Below are positions 20,210 through 31,460 of a stretch of DNA of 64,000 nt, piece after piece (positions within the stretch are counted from its first letter, which is position 1; the number at the start of each line of letters is the position of its first letter). The notes below the pieces were generated by a model. That model saw only the letters and a list, made by a program, of their open reading frames with translations. It did no database searches and was not told where the DNA came from. Source of the DNA: Terriglobia bacterium (GTDB taxonomy: Bacteria > Acidobacteriota > Terriglobia > JAJPHL01 > JAPKYU01); the NCBI GenBank assembly GCA_965206645.1, contig CBDBKE010000003.1:608001-672000 (forward strand), in the 5' to 3' direction. The translations under genes were made by a program, and so were the position numbers.

Positions 20210-22854
20210 ATGGAAGCGAGTCGTAGGCGGCTGTTCCTGATCGACTCGATGAACTACATTTTCCGGGCCTACCACCAGCCACAGACACAACGCTTCTACA
20301 CGGGCGCGGGCTTGCCTACGGGAGCGGTCTTCGTGCTCCACAACATGCTTCGCAAGCTGCTGGCGGCGCATCAGCCCGATTACGTCACGGGTGTGTTTGA
20401 CGTAGCCGCGCCTACCTTCCGTGACGCGCTGTTTGCTGACTACAAAGCCAACCGGGCTGAAATGCCTTCCGAACTGGCGCAACAGATTCCCTACATCCGG
20501 CGGCTGCTGGAAGCGCTGCACATTCCCATCCTGGAGTTTGCCGGCTACGAAGCTGACGACCTGATCGGGGCGCTGGCGGTGCAGGGGGCGCAGGCCGGGC
20601 TGGAGGTCACTATCGTCTCCAGCGACAAAGACATGCTGCAACTGGTCACCTCCAACGGAGGAGAGAGCCCCGGCTTGGTCCGCGTCCTGATTCCCACCAA
20701 AGACGACCTGGTTTGCGATGCGGCCAAGGTCGAGGAGTTGCTGGGCGTGCCCCCCTGGCGGGTACCGGACGTGATGGCCCTGCGCGGCGATGCCATCGAC
20801 AACATCCCCGGGGCACCGGGAATCGGCGAGAAGGGCTCGCGCGAGCTGATCCAGCACTTCGGCTCTGTGGAGGAGGCTCTGCAGCGTGCCAAGGAGGTGG
20901 GGCGAAAGACCTGCCGCGAGTCCCTCGAGAAGTACCGCGACCAGATCCTGCTCAGCAAGAAGCTGGCCACGATTGAGACGGCTGTGCCAGTCAGCCTGGA
21001 GCTGGAGGCCATCGCCACCCGGCCTCCCGACAAGGTTGCCCTCCAGCAGCTCTACAAGGAACTGGAATTTCACAGCCTGGCGCAGGAGTTGTTGCCGGCG
21101 CTCGAGGTCCGGGAGAGAGATCACTCTGAACTTTCGAGTGAGGCGGAGGTGGCCGAGTTTCTTCAGAAGCTGCCCGCTGGGACTGCGCTGCCAGTTGCGC
21201 TGCCGATGGCGTTAGAGGTAGCGCTGCAGGTGGTCCTGGAAGCCGGCGAGGAAGGCCAGATCCGCTTTGGTCCTGGGCTGGCCGTCTCACCCCAGGCGGG
21301 GCTGGCCCGCGTGATCCCAGAGCGGCTGCTTCCCGCCGCTCGAACCTGGCTGGAATCAGATGAAAGGTTCAAGGCGGTGTGTAACGCCAAAGCGGCGATC
21401 CACGCCTTGCGCGCGCGGGGCATGGCGCTGCGCGGGGTGCGCGATGACACGCTGCTCTATTCCTACTTGCTGGATCCTACCCAAGGCAACCACACGCTGG
21501 AAGAGGTGGCCAAGCGCCGTTTCGGCGCGCGCCTGAGCGGCAGCCCAGCGGAGCGTTCCGACGTATTGGGCCAGCTTGCCCGCTTGCTGGCCCCGGAGGT
21601 GGAGCAGGCCGGTCTCCGGCCAGTCTACGAGGAAATCGAGCTGCCTCTGACGCCGGTGCTGGCCGAGATGGAAGAGGTGGGCGTGCGCGTGGATACGCGC
21701 CAACTGGCCGAGCTTTCCGAACAACTGGCCCAGCAGATTGAGACGCTGACGGCGGAAATTCATAAACTCAGCGGTGCCGAATTCAACATTAATTCTCCAC
21801 AGCAGCTCGCCAAGGTGCTGTTCGAACAGCTCAAGCTGCCGGCGCCGCGCAAGTACGGCAAGGGCAAGGTCTACTCGACCGCTGTGGACGTGCTGGAAGA
21901 GCTGGCCGAGGCGCACGAAGTGCCGCGGAAGGTGCTGGAATTTCGCCAGCTCACCAAGCTGAAGAACACCTACATCGACGCGCTGCCCAAGCTGGTGAAC
22001 CCGCGCACCGGCCGCATCCACACCACGTTCGACCAGGCGGGCACGGCCACCGGCCGGCTCTCCTCGCGCGACCCGACTTGCAGAACATTCCCATCCGCAC
22101 CGAACTGGGACGGCGGATTCGCGCGGCATTCTTGCCCGCGCATGGCCTGGCCGAGTCGGGGTGGAAGATTCTCTCGGCCGACTACTCGCAGATCGAGCTG
22201 CGCCTGCTGGCCCACTTCTCCCAGGACCCGGTGCTGCTGGAAGCCTTCCGCCAGAATCAGGACATCCATTCGCGAACCGCCGAGCTGGTGTTCGGCGTGC
22301 CGCCTCTGTTGCAGACCGGCGAGCACCGCCGTCGCGCCAAGGCTGTCAATTTCGGCATCGTTTACGGCCTCAGCGCATTTGGCCTCTCACAGCAGCTTGG
22401 AATCGAGCAGTCGGAGGCGCAACAGTTCATTGACCATTACTTCGCCACCTACGCCGGCGTTCGCCGCTATATTGACAAATGCCTGGAAGAGGTGCGTCGC
22501 TCGGGCGTTGTGCGGACGCTGTACGGGCGGCTGCGACCGATCCCGGAAATCAACAGCCGCAATGCCCAACAGCGTGGCTTTGCCGAGCGGACCGCCATCA
22601 ACACTCCGCTGCAAGGCACCGCCGCTGACCTGATCAAGCTGGCGATGATCCGCATCCACAACGAGCTGGCAGGCCAGGAGCTGCGCGCGCGGATGCTGCT
22701 TCAGGTCCACGACGAACTGTTGCTGGAATCGCCGCCTGAGGAGGTGGAGGCCACACGCAGCTTGGTGAAGCGGGCAATGGAGCAGGTCGCATCCCTTTCG
22801 GTGCCCCTGGTAGCGGACGTTGGCGTGGGCGACAACTGGCGCGACGCCAAGTGA
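20210..22854 (+). CDS. polA: DNA polymerase I, with 1-nt deletion at about 22076 (probable sequence error)
   Basis: 5'-3' exonuclease motifs (LIDS..YIFRAY, YEADD, DNIPGAPGIGEK); TATGRLSSRDP then frame change to LQNIPIR, ADYSQIELR, AKAVNFGIVYG, QVHDEL. Confidence 0.93.
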
Positions 22855-22855
22855 G

Positions 22856-22975
22856 CAGGTTTTAGGTTTCAGGTGCCAGGTGTCAGTTATCTGTCTGTCA
22901 TCTCGATGTCGGCGGGATTGACCGGTGGGCTGGAGGGGACTAACCTGACACCTGAAACATGAGACTTGGCACCTT
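22856..22975. repeat. Inverted heptamer-array hairpin element between polA and ruvA
   Basis: Left caggttt taggttt caggtgc caggtgt; right acacctg aaacatg agacttg gcacctt (complementary units). Confidence 0.7.
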
Positions 22976-22978
22976 TTC

Positions 22979-23565
22979 ATGATTGGATTTCTGCGGGGAC
23001 GGGTATTGGAGAAACGGCCCAGCCAGGTGATCCTGGATGTGCAGGGAGTCGGTTACGACGTGAACATTCCGGTTTCCACCTATTACCTGTTGCCTGACCC
23101 GCCTGCTGAAGCGCAACTGCACATCCACACGCATGTGCGCGAAGGCGCGCTGGCGCTCTATGGCTTTCGCAGCCTGGGTGAGAAACAGATGTTTGAGAAG
23201 CTGCTCAGCGTGAGCGGCATCGGGCCGCGGCTGGCCATCACCATTCTCTCGGGCTTGGAGGTGCAGGAACTGGTGCCGGCCATTCGCCAAAACGACTTGC
23301 TGAAGTTGAGCCACATCCCAGGCGTGGGCCGCAAGACCGCTGAGCGCATCGTGGTGGAACTACGCGATAAGGTGGCCGGGGCCGAAGCTGAGCCGGCATC
23401 TCGCCCGAGGCTGCCTGCAGTTCAGGAAGATGTATTGTCGGCGCTGCTCAACCTGGGCTACCCGCGCGCCGCGGCCGAGAAGGCAGTGGGGCAGGCCGTC
23501 GCCCAGGACGGCAGCGCGCCTTTTGATCAGCTGTTGAAACGAGCTTTGCACTTGCTGGTGAGGCC

Positions 23566-23569
<4 letters not shown>
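22979..23569 (+). CDS. ruvA: Holliday junction branch migration protein RuvA
   Basis: [47 protein letters not shown]. Confidence 0.97.
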
Positions 23570-24591
<1,022 letters not shown>

Positions 24592-24696
24592 GATGTTCTG
24601 AGCTGTTCTGAGAGAGCAGCCGACGGTCAGCCCAGACATTTCCGCTGCCTGGGTAGGAGTTGCAGACAGCGGTGAGCTGCCTATAGCAAGTGGAGT

Positions 24697-25194
24697 GTGA
24701 AGAAACGAGTCTACCTCTGTCTGGGTTCCAATCTGGGTGACCGGCGGGCCTACCTGGCGCGCGCGCTGGAGGAGATGCAGGCCGCGAGAATCCGGGTGCA
24801 GCGCGTCTCGGCCCTCTATCACACCCAGCCGGTGGACTACACCGCGCAACCCTGGTTCTTGAATTGCGTAGCGGAGGTGGAAACCGAGTACATGCCGCGG
24901 CAACTGTTGCGCCAACTGCAGCGGATTGAAAGGCAATTGGGACGCCGGCGCGGCGTCCCGCGAGGACCGCGCACCATTGACATTGACATCCTGCTGTACC
25001 AGAACCACGTCATGCGCACCAGCGAGCTGACCATCCCGCACCCGCAGCTGGCAGAGCGCCGCTTCGTACTGGAACCATTGCGTGACCTGGCCCCGGGGCT
25101 GCGGCACCCGGTCAGCCAGCGAACCGTCATTGAGCTGCTGGCCGCCGCGGCGGACCGCAGCCATGTCCGCCGTCTGCGTAGCGGCGGGCTTTAG
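24697..25194 (+). CDS. folK: 6-hydroxymethyl-dihydropterin pyrophosphokinase
   Basis: LGSNLGDR, FLNCV, GPRTIDIDIL, IPHP..ERRFVLEPL. Confidence 0.96.
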   Translation: MKKRVYLCLGSNLGDRRAYLARALEEMQAARIRVQRVSALYHTQPVDYTAQPWFLNCVAEVETEYMPRQLLRQLQRIERQLGRRRGVPRGPRTIDIDILLYQNHVMRTSELTIPHPQLAERRFVLEPLRDLAPGLRHPVSQRTVIELLAAAADRSHVRRLRSGGL

Positions 25195-25249
25195 CCTGCT
25201 GGGGATGGCGCCCTAGAAGGTCGCCTGTACGTCTGGGAGCCTGTAGGAC

Positions 25250-25909
25250 ATGGCCGATTACCACCCGCCACGCCAGATCGCCCCACAGCAGATCGTCATT
25301 GAAGGATCAATCCGGGTAGGCAAGACGACACTGGCGCGGCTACTGGCCGACCGGCTGCGCGCTCGCACGTTGCTGGATTCCGAAGAGAACCCGTTTCTGG
25401 CAGAGTTCTACCAGGAGCGGCCCGGGGCTGCCTTCAGGGCACAGATGTGGTTTCTCATCCAGCGCTTCCAGCAACTGCGAGCCCTCGGTCTGGGAAATCC
25501 ACATGCCACAGTGGTGGCCGACTACCTATTCGAGAAGGACAAAATCTTCGCCTATATCAATCTTAGTGACGATGAGCTCCGCCTCTATGACGCGTATTAT
25601 GAACTGCTCCGCCCGCAGGTCCCCCCGCCCGACTTGGTGATCTATCTTCAGGCGACTCCCGAAGTGCTCCTCCGGCGCATCGCACGCAAGAATTCGCCGC
25701 TGGAAACCGAGATCTCACTGGAATACCTGGAGGCAGTGGTGAAGGCCTACGAGCATTTCTTTTTCCACTACAAGATGTCGAAGCTGCTGGTGATCAATAC
25801 CAGCGAGATTGATTTTGTCGCGAACCGGAACGAACTGGAAGAGCTGTTGCAACGGCTCACACAGCCGGTAGTGGGCACGCAGTACTTCCTTCCCCTGGGC
25901 TCCAGCTAA
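25250..25909 (+). CDS. Deoxynucleoside kinase family protein
   Basis: IEGSIRVGKTTLA, ENPFL..FY, DYLFEKDKIFA, PDLVIYLQA. Confidence 0.92.
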   Translation: MADYHPPRQIAPQQIVIEGSIRVGKTTLARLLADRLRARTLLDSEENPFLAEFYQERPGAAFRAQMWFLIQRFQQLRALGLGNPHATVVADYLFEKDKIFAYINLSDDELRLYDAYYELLRPQVPPPDLVIYLQATPEVLLRRIARKNSPLETEISLEYLEAVVKAYEHFFFHYKMSKLLVINTSEIDFVANRNELEELLQRLTQPVVGTQYFLPLGSS

Positions 25910-26060
25910 AAGTGGCTAGCCTCGGCATTCGGGTCTATTTTGGGCACCGCCGGGCCTATTTTGGGTGCCGAGCCGCCCTGCGGAGCCCGGATTCTCCCTT
26001 GCCCCCACTTTACTCTCGCGCTCGATAGGTCGCGGTTTCGTCCTATGCCGGCCAAGAGGC

Positions 26061-26094
26061 GTTTTATGCGGGGCAGCCTGAACACGAGTTAGGC
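26061..26094 (+). other. attI-like recombination site, copy 1
   Basis: gttttatgcggggcagcctgaacacgaGTTAGGC; 26/34 ungapped identity to 52145-52178 (minus); GC drops after the core. Confidence 0.55.
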
Positions 26095-26468
26095 AGCAAC
26101 CGAATCCCAGTGGTCGTCCAGGCAAATCAACAGAGCCAGGTTAAGAAAGGAGAAAACCATGAACTCGTTTATTGAGGTGTTAAAAAAGAATGCGGTGTTT
26201 ACAGGGCGCTCACGGCGAAAAGAATATTGGTTCTTCGTCTTGTTCAATATTCTTATCTACATAGCGCTCACCATCGTCGACGGTGTGGTTGGGTCTTCTC
26301 CACTGTTTGGCGGTCTTTACATGTTGGCAGTTTTGATCCCCAGTATCGCAGTTGCTATCCGCAGGCTCCACGATGTTGGCAAGAGTGGATGGTGGCTGTG
26401 ACCTGCCTGGCGATTTCCGGACCAGCTGAAGCCTGAGAGAATGGCGCCCTCGGAGAAACGAGGGAGCC

Positions 26469-26732
26469 ATGAAGAAGACCCGGTTTACCGAAGAGCAGAT
26501 GGTGACGATCCTCCGCGAGGCCGATCAGCGGCCCGTTCCGGAGGTGGCCAAAAAGAACGGCGTCAGCGCCCAGACGCTCTACGCCTGGCGGAAACACTTC
26601 GGCACGTTGGAGCCCGCCGATGTGAAGCGGCTGCGGCAGCTCGAGCAGGAGAACGGCCGGCTGAAAAAGATGGTGGCCGATCGAGATCTGGAGATCGACG
26701 TGCTCAAGGAAATCACCCGAAAAAAATGGTAG
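26469..26732 (+). CDS. IS3 OrfA (HTH)
   Basis: MKKTRFTEEQMVTILREAD...TLYAWRK...RLRQLEQENGRLKKMVAD; A7 run at 26720-26726. Confidence 0.93.
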   Translation: MKKTRFTEEQMVTILREADQRPVPEVAKKNGVSAQTLYAWRKHFGTLEPADVKRLRQLEQENGRLKKMVADRDLEIDVLKEITRKKW

Positions 26733-27649
26733 GCGCACGCGTGCGCCGGCCGCAGGTCGCGTATGCACGTGCACGCGGTCTGTCGGGTCGCCGCGCGTGC
26801 GCCTTGCTCTCCGTCGCACGGTCCACGCTGGGCTACCAGTCGCGGCTGGTCGACCGGGATGCCCCGGCGCTGGCCGCGATGCGTCGTCTGGCGGCGCAGT
26901 ATCCGCGGTACGGCTATCGCCGGATTCGGATTTTCCTAAAACGCGAAGGGCACACGATGAGCACGGACCGGACCCATCGCCTCTGGCGCCAGGCGGGGTT
27001 GCAGGTGCCTCGGCGGCGGCCGCGGCGCCGGGTCGCCCTGAGCCGGCCCCGCCCGGTGCCCGCCACTGCGGTCAATCACGTCTGGGCGTACGACTTCGTG
27101 TTCGACACCTGCGCGAATGGGCAGACGCTCAAGTGCCTCACCGTCGTCGACGAATGGACCCGCGAGTCACTCGCGATCGACGTGGCCGGCGGCATTCGGT
27201 CCGGGCGCGTTATCGAGGTGCTCACGCAGCTCGTGAGCGTCCACGGAGCCCCACGTTACCTCCGGTCCGACAACGGCCCCGAGTTTGTCGCGGGTGCGAT
27301 TCTCCGGTGGCTGCTCCAGGCGCAGATCGAAACCGCGCTCATCGAGCCGGGCAAGCCGTGGCAGAATGCGACCGACGAATCGTTCAACGGGAAGTTCCGC
27401 GACGAGTATCTGAGCCTGCAGTGGTTTCGGAACCGCGTGGACGCGAAGGTGGGGATCGAGCAATGGCGACGGTACTACAACGACGTGCGACCGCACTCGA
27501 GCCTTGGCTATCTGACGCCAGCCGAGTTCAAAGCGCAGCTCCGTGCTGGCTCGGATGACGGTGGGCGCTCGCCGGCGATGCCGGCTCACGCTGACCAAGA
27601 AGAACACGAGAGCGACTTAACCATGCCGACTGGCGCTGTTCTCCAGTAA
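26720..27649 (+). CDS. IS3 OrfB DDE transposase, reached by -1 frameshift at A7
   Basis: YGYRRI, WAYDFVFD, SDNGPEF, PGKPWQN..ESFNG, YNDVRPHSSLGY; -1 frame relative to OrfA. Confidence 0.92.
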   Translation, partial: KKMVGARVRRPQVAYARARGLSGRRACALLSVARSTLGYQSRLVDRDAPALAAMRRLAAQYPRYGYRRIRIFLKREGHTMSTDRTHRLWRQAGLQVPRRRPRRRVALSRPRPVPATAVNHVWAYDFVFDTCANGQTLKCLTVVDEWTRESLAIDVAGGIRSGRVIEVLTQLVSVHGAPRYLRSDNGPEFVAGAILRWLLQAQIETALIEPGKPWQNATDESFNGKFRDEYLSLQWFRNRVDAKVGIEQWRRYYNDVRPHSSLGYLTPAEFKAQLRAGSDDGGRSPAMPAHADQEEHESDLTMPTGAVLQ

Positions 27650-27795
27650 TCGGTGGTCCGAAGAAAGCCGGCAGGTCAGCTGTTGATCAGTCTTGTGCCA
27701 CTCGTGAGCCTTGTGCTTTTATACTTCATGGTGCAAGACAGTCAGCCGGGTGGAAATGAGTATGGCCCTAACCCAAAGGCGGCAGCAGCATAACC

Positions 27796-27824
27796 GCCCA
27801 ACAGGTCGCTACTTGGCGTTCGGC
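27796..27824 (+). other. Internally deleted attC-like remnant after the DUF805 stop
   Basis: GCCCAAC (RYYYAAC) aggtcgcta cttggc GTTCGGC, 2 nt after TAA. Confidence 0.5.
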
Positions 27825-28100
27825 GACTGAACAGAGCGCGTCCTGTGGGAGGACCCCCGGTTGCGGGGGCACCAGTAACTACATCTCTTTGCCATAATCT
27901 ACAATTGACTTTTCTCTAGTCTCCTCGGAAACCGGCCGATTCGGGACGGGCAGGGGTGTCGAGCGGTGCCCACACTCGTGTCAAGATTTATACAGAGGGC
28001 TTGCGGGCTGCGCCTGGCGCACCCAAGAAGCTCAACAATTTGGGCGATGGCAGAGAAATTGCCCTCAGAAAAGAGCCAGCCCTAAGGTCACAGGAGTTCC

Positions 28101-28940
28101 ATGGCAACACCGAGAGGAATGGGCAAACGGGGTTTGTTTCCAGCCGCCTTCTTGCCAGCTGCCCTCTTGAATGCGCTGCTGCTGGCCGTAGCGGCCGGAG
28201 TCGTCGGATTGAGTCCTGGCAGCTTGAGCGGCTTGGTTTCGCCCGGGCCCGACCGGATGAAAGATGTTCCCAACATTGTCTTGTGGGCCTGGGAGCGGCC
28301 GGAGGATCTGGAGTTCCTCCCGCCGGGCAAAGTGGGAGTGGCATTCCTGGCTCGGACTCTTTACCTTCGCGGCGACGAGCTGCTCCAATATCCGAGGCTC
28401 CAGCCCCTTCGCTTGCCTCCAGGAGCCGCTCCCATCGCGGTTGTTCGCATTGAATCGGATAGAGCGCAGCCGCCGGAGCTGTCAGAGGAACAACAACTTA
28501 AGGCGGTGTCCGCCATAGCCGAAGTGGCCGCCATGCCCGGCGTGGCCTCCATCCAGGTGGATTACGACGCGACTGTGTCGGAACGTGGGTTTTATCGAGA
28601 GCTGCTCCAGGACCTGCGCCGGCGCCTGCCCAGATCCGTTGGCCTCTCGATCACGACTCTGGCCTCGTGGTGTCTGGGTGACCGGTGGCTTTCCGGACTT
28701 CCCATTGACGAAGCCGTCCCCATGCTGTTTCGCATGGGTCCTGACCGGCTCCCGGTGTTGCTGCACTTGAAGGGTGGAGGCGACTTTCGGGAAGCAGCTT
28801 GCCGGAATAGCATCGGCATTTCCACCGACGAACCCGTACACCGGCTGCCGGCCGGCCGGCGGCTTTACGTGTTTCACCCCCGGCCCTGGTCGCACAGGGC
28901 CGTTGAGCAGGTTCTCAAGGAGGCGGCGCAATGGCAGTAA
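28101..28940 (+). CDS. DUF3142-like protein
   Basis: LWAWERPEDL, IQVDYDA, SITTLASWC, IDEAVPMLFRMG. Confidence 0.75.
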   Translation: MATPRGMGKRGLFPAAFLPAALLNALLLAVAAGVVGLSPGSLSGLVSPGPDRMKDVPNIVLWAWERPEDLEFLPPGKVGVAFLARTLYLRGDELLQYPRLQPLRLPPGAAPIAVVRIESDRAQPPELSEEQQLKAVSAIAEVAAMPGVASIQVDYDATVSERGFYRELLQDLRRRLPRSVGLSITTLASWCLGDRWLSGLPIDEAVPMLFRMGPDRLPVLLHLKGGGDFREAACRNSIGISTDEPVHRLPAGRRLYVFHPRPWSHRAVEQVLKEAAQWQ

Positions 28941-31284
28941 GGCGTGCAAGGGCCTGTGCTTTGCTTTTGGCCACCGTCCTGCTTGGCCTGGCCAGCCCGG
29001 CGTTTCCCTGCGGCCCATTTTTTCCCCAGGCTGTCTTCACCTTTACCAGGCATCCGGACCTGCCGCTGGAAAATTTCTTACGGGGTCAACTGGGAATTGT
29101 CCTGCCGACCTACTCCCGCTCCCACCTCTACCTCTCCTATCGCTACCTGGCAGGCAAGCCATTCAGCCCAGAGCAGCTCGCGGCTCTGGAAGGGGTCTGG
29201 ATTCGGCGCAGGCCATCGGATGTGTCCGGTGCGCTGCAGAAAGCGCCAAAGCCGCCGAATTGGATCAAGCTATGGGTTGAGGCGAGGAAGAAAATCCCGG
29301 GGCTGGATACAAGCGCGCCGACGCCGCTGGGCGTACACAACCCGTTGGGCGCGTACCGGTCCGAACGAATCGGCACCACCTACATCGGCTACTACAATTG
29401 TCTTTCGGATGCATTTCGCACCGCAGTCCATACGCTGGAGGAAAGAGTTGGCCGATTTGGAGTGGACAGCGCTGCAGTCAACAGTTGGGTGCAGGCGCAA
29501 GACCGGGTCTTCGCCAATTGTTCCGGTGGAGGAAACGGGTTAGAGAAGCAGCAATTTCTGCCACTCAATGCCTCTGCAGAGGACTCTCCGCTGATTCGAG
29601 CCGACCGTGCCTACCAGATGGGGGCAGCCCATTTTTATGCCGGCAATTTCGAGATTGCCGGGAAGGTCTTTGAGGAAATCGCCCACGATCCCGATTCGCC
29701 CTGGAGCTGGCTCGCTCCCCTGCTGGTAGCCAGATCCCTGATCCGCCAGGCGACCGTCTACACCGAGCCGGGCAAGCCCGATCTGGCCTTCCTCGTCCAG
29801 GCAGAGACCCAACTGCAGAAGGTCTTAGCCGACAACAGTCTGCGCCGTACGCATCCCTCTGCCCGTCGGCTGTTGAGCTACGTCCAGTTGCGCCTGCGCC
29901 CCAACCAGCGCATCTGCCAGCTACGCGAAGCCTTGCTGGAAGGTACGTCGCCTGGGACGCTTCGGCAGGACCTGACCGACTACCTGGCGCTGCTCGCCAA
30001 GTGGCCTGCGGGAGGCGGACGCGGGAACCGAATGCCGCTGGCCGAGTTGCGAGCAGAGGACGAGCTGGCAGACTGGATGCTGACATTTCAGCGGCAGACC
30101 CCGTCGGCACGAGACGGGTTCGCTGCCGTGGCTAGTTGCAGCCATTTCCAAGGCGCAGGCAGGAGGCCCCAAGCTCGCGGCGCTCTTGGAGGCGGCGGGA
30201 ACAATTCCCCGGAATTCGTCCGCTTTTCCCACCATTGCCTTCCACAGGGCACGTCTGTTGGCCGCTTCTGGAGAAGCCGCGCAGGCGCGGATAGCGCTGG
30301 AGCAGATGCTGGCGAAAGACGTGTCGCTGCCCCGCTCCTCCATCAACCTGGTCCTCGCGCTGCAAATGAAGCTGGCCCGGAACCTGGAAGAGTTGCTTGG
30401 AAGCGCACGGCGCGTTCCTACTCGAGTTGGCTGGAATCACTTCGGGCACGTGATTGCCGAACAGCCAACCGACAGAAGAGGCCGGCAACCGCGCCCGCAG
30501 CCGCGCTGGCTGTTCGATGCCGACGCTGCTCGGGTCTTAACCGAACGAATGCCACTGCGGCTTTTGCTGCAGGCGACTGGCAGCAAAAGCCTCCCTCCGA
30601 ATTTGCGCCGGGAGGTGGCGCTGGAACCTGGGTCCGCTGCGTCTTGCTCGATCGAGAGAAGGTGTCCGGGAGGTCGTGCCGATCCTTGAGCAACTTGCGC
30701 CGGAGTTGAAAGGCGACCTGTGGAGGTACGTATCCGCCCCAAACAGCCCGTCACGCCGCTTCGCTGCTGTGTTCACTATCCTGCGATTTCCGGGCGTGCA
30801 CCTCTATGTGGGCGCCGGCCCCGCCCGGAGAACTCCCCTCGCTCGCATTGACAACTTGCGGGAAAACTGGTGGTGCCGACTGGCGCCTGCTCAGCGCGGC
30901 AGTCGAATCTATATGGGCTACCGTCACTACCGGATGGACACAACTTTTCACATGCCCTTGAAGATGCTTTATCCCAGCCAGGAGCTGGACTACCCTGCCT
31001 TCCTCAGCCCCGCCCAAAAAGCAGAAGCAGCCCGGGAATGGGAACAGCTTTCGGCCCTGGAAACCGCGCCGAACCATCTGGGCCGGCAAGTGCTGGGATG
31101 GGCCAAGAGCCATCCGGACGACCCACGAGTGCCCCAGGCCTTGCACTTGACGGTGAAAGCCCCGCGTTACGGCTGCGCCGACGAACAAACAGGACACTAT
31201 TCCAAAGCGGCCTTTCAGTTTCTTCACAGGAAATACCCTCACAGTTCCTGGGCAAAGAAAACAAAATACTGGTACCGCTTCTAG
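28931..31284 (+). pseudogene. Large exported helical protein partnering DUF3142; three frame disruptions (about 30105, 30624, 30670), errors or pseudogene
   Basis: Signal then CGPFF; NCLSDAF..A; SLPWLVAA in a shifted frame; final frame DNLRENWWC...DPRVPQALH...RYGC...KYPHSSWAKKTKYWY. Confidence 0.7.
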
Positions 31285-31460
31285 CTGAACAGCGCGCCCG
31301 GCCTTCTCGTCCCGCAAACGGGGTGATGAGCCAGCAGGTTCGCCCTATTGCCTTGGGTGATTCCCGTGCGTAACTGTTTTGTTTCTAACGGATAGATCGT
31401 TGATATATAATGGCAAGCGTTCAGACGAGCCCAAGTGCGGTATTTTCAACGGATCCGGGC

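Larger units (their letters stand above)
26399..27678 (+). mobile_element. IS3-family (IS407-group-like) insertion sequence, 1280 bp, 4-bp target duplication GCTG
   Basis: Ends TGACCTGCCTGGCGATTTCCGGACCA and rc TGACCTGCCGGCTTTCTTCGGACCA; GCTG at 26395-98 and 27679-82. Confidence 0.95.
26159..27793 (+). pseudogene. DUF805 (YhaH/YhaI-like) membrane protein gene interrupted by IS3
   Basis: FTGRSRRKEYW...RRLHDVGKSGWWL then, after the [38 protein letters not shown]; frame restored when IS plus one GCTG is removed. Confidence 0.92.

Noticed and set aside
22070-22082. Programmed frameshift in polA
   Set aside because: No slippery sequence; the deletion lies in an invariant motif and other indels exist in the window.
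26441-26719. N-terminal extension of the 402-aa IS3 ORF
   Set aside because: It is the -1 frame overlapping OrfA; the transposase is entered by frameshift at the A7 run.
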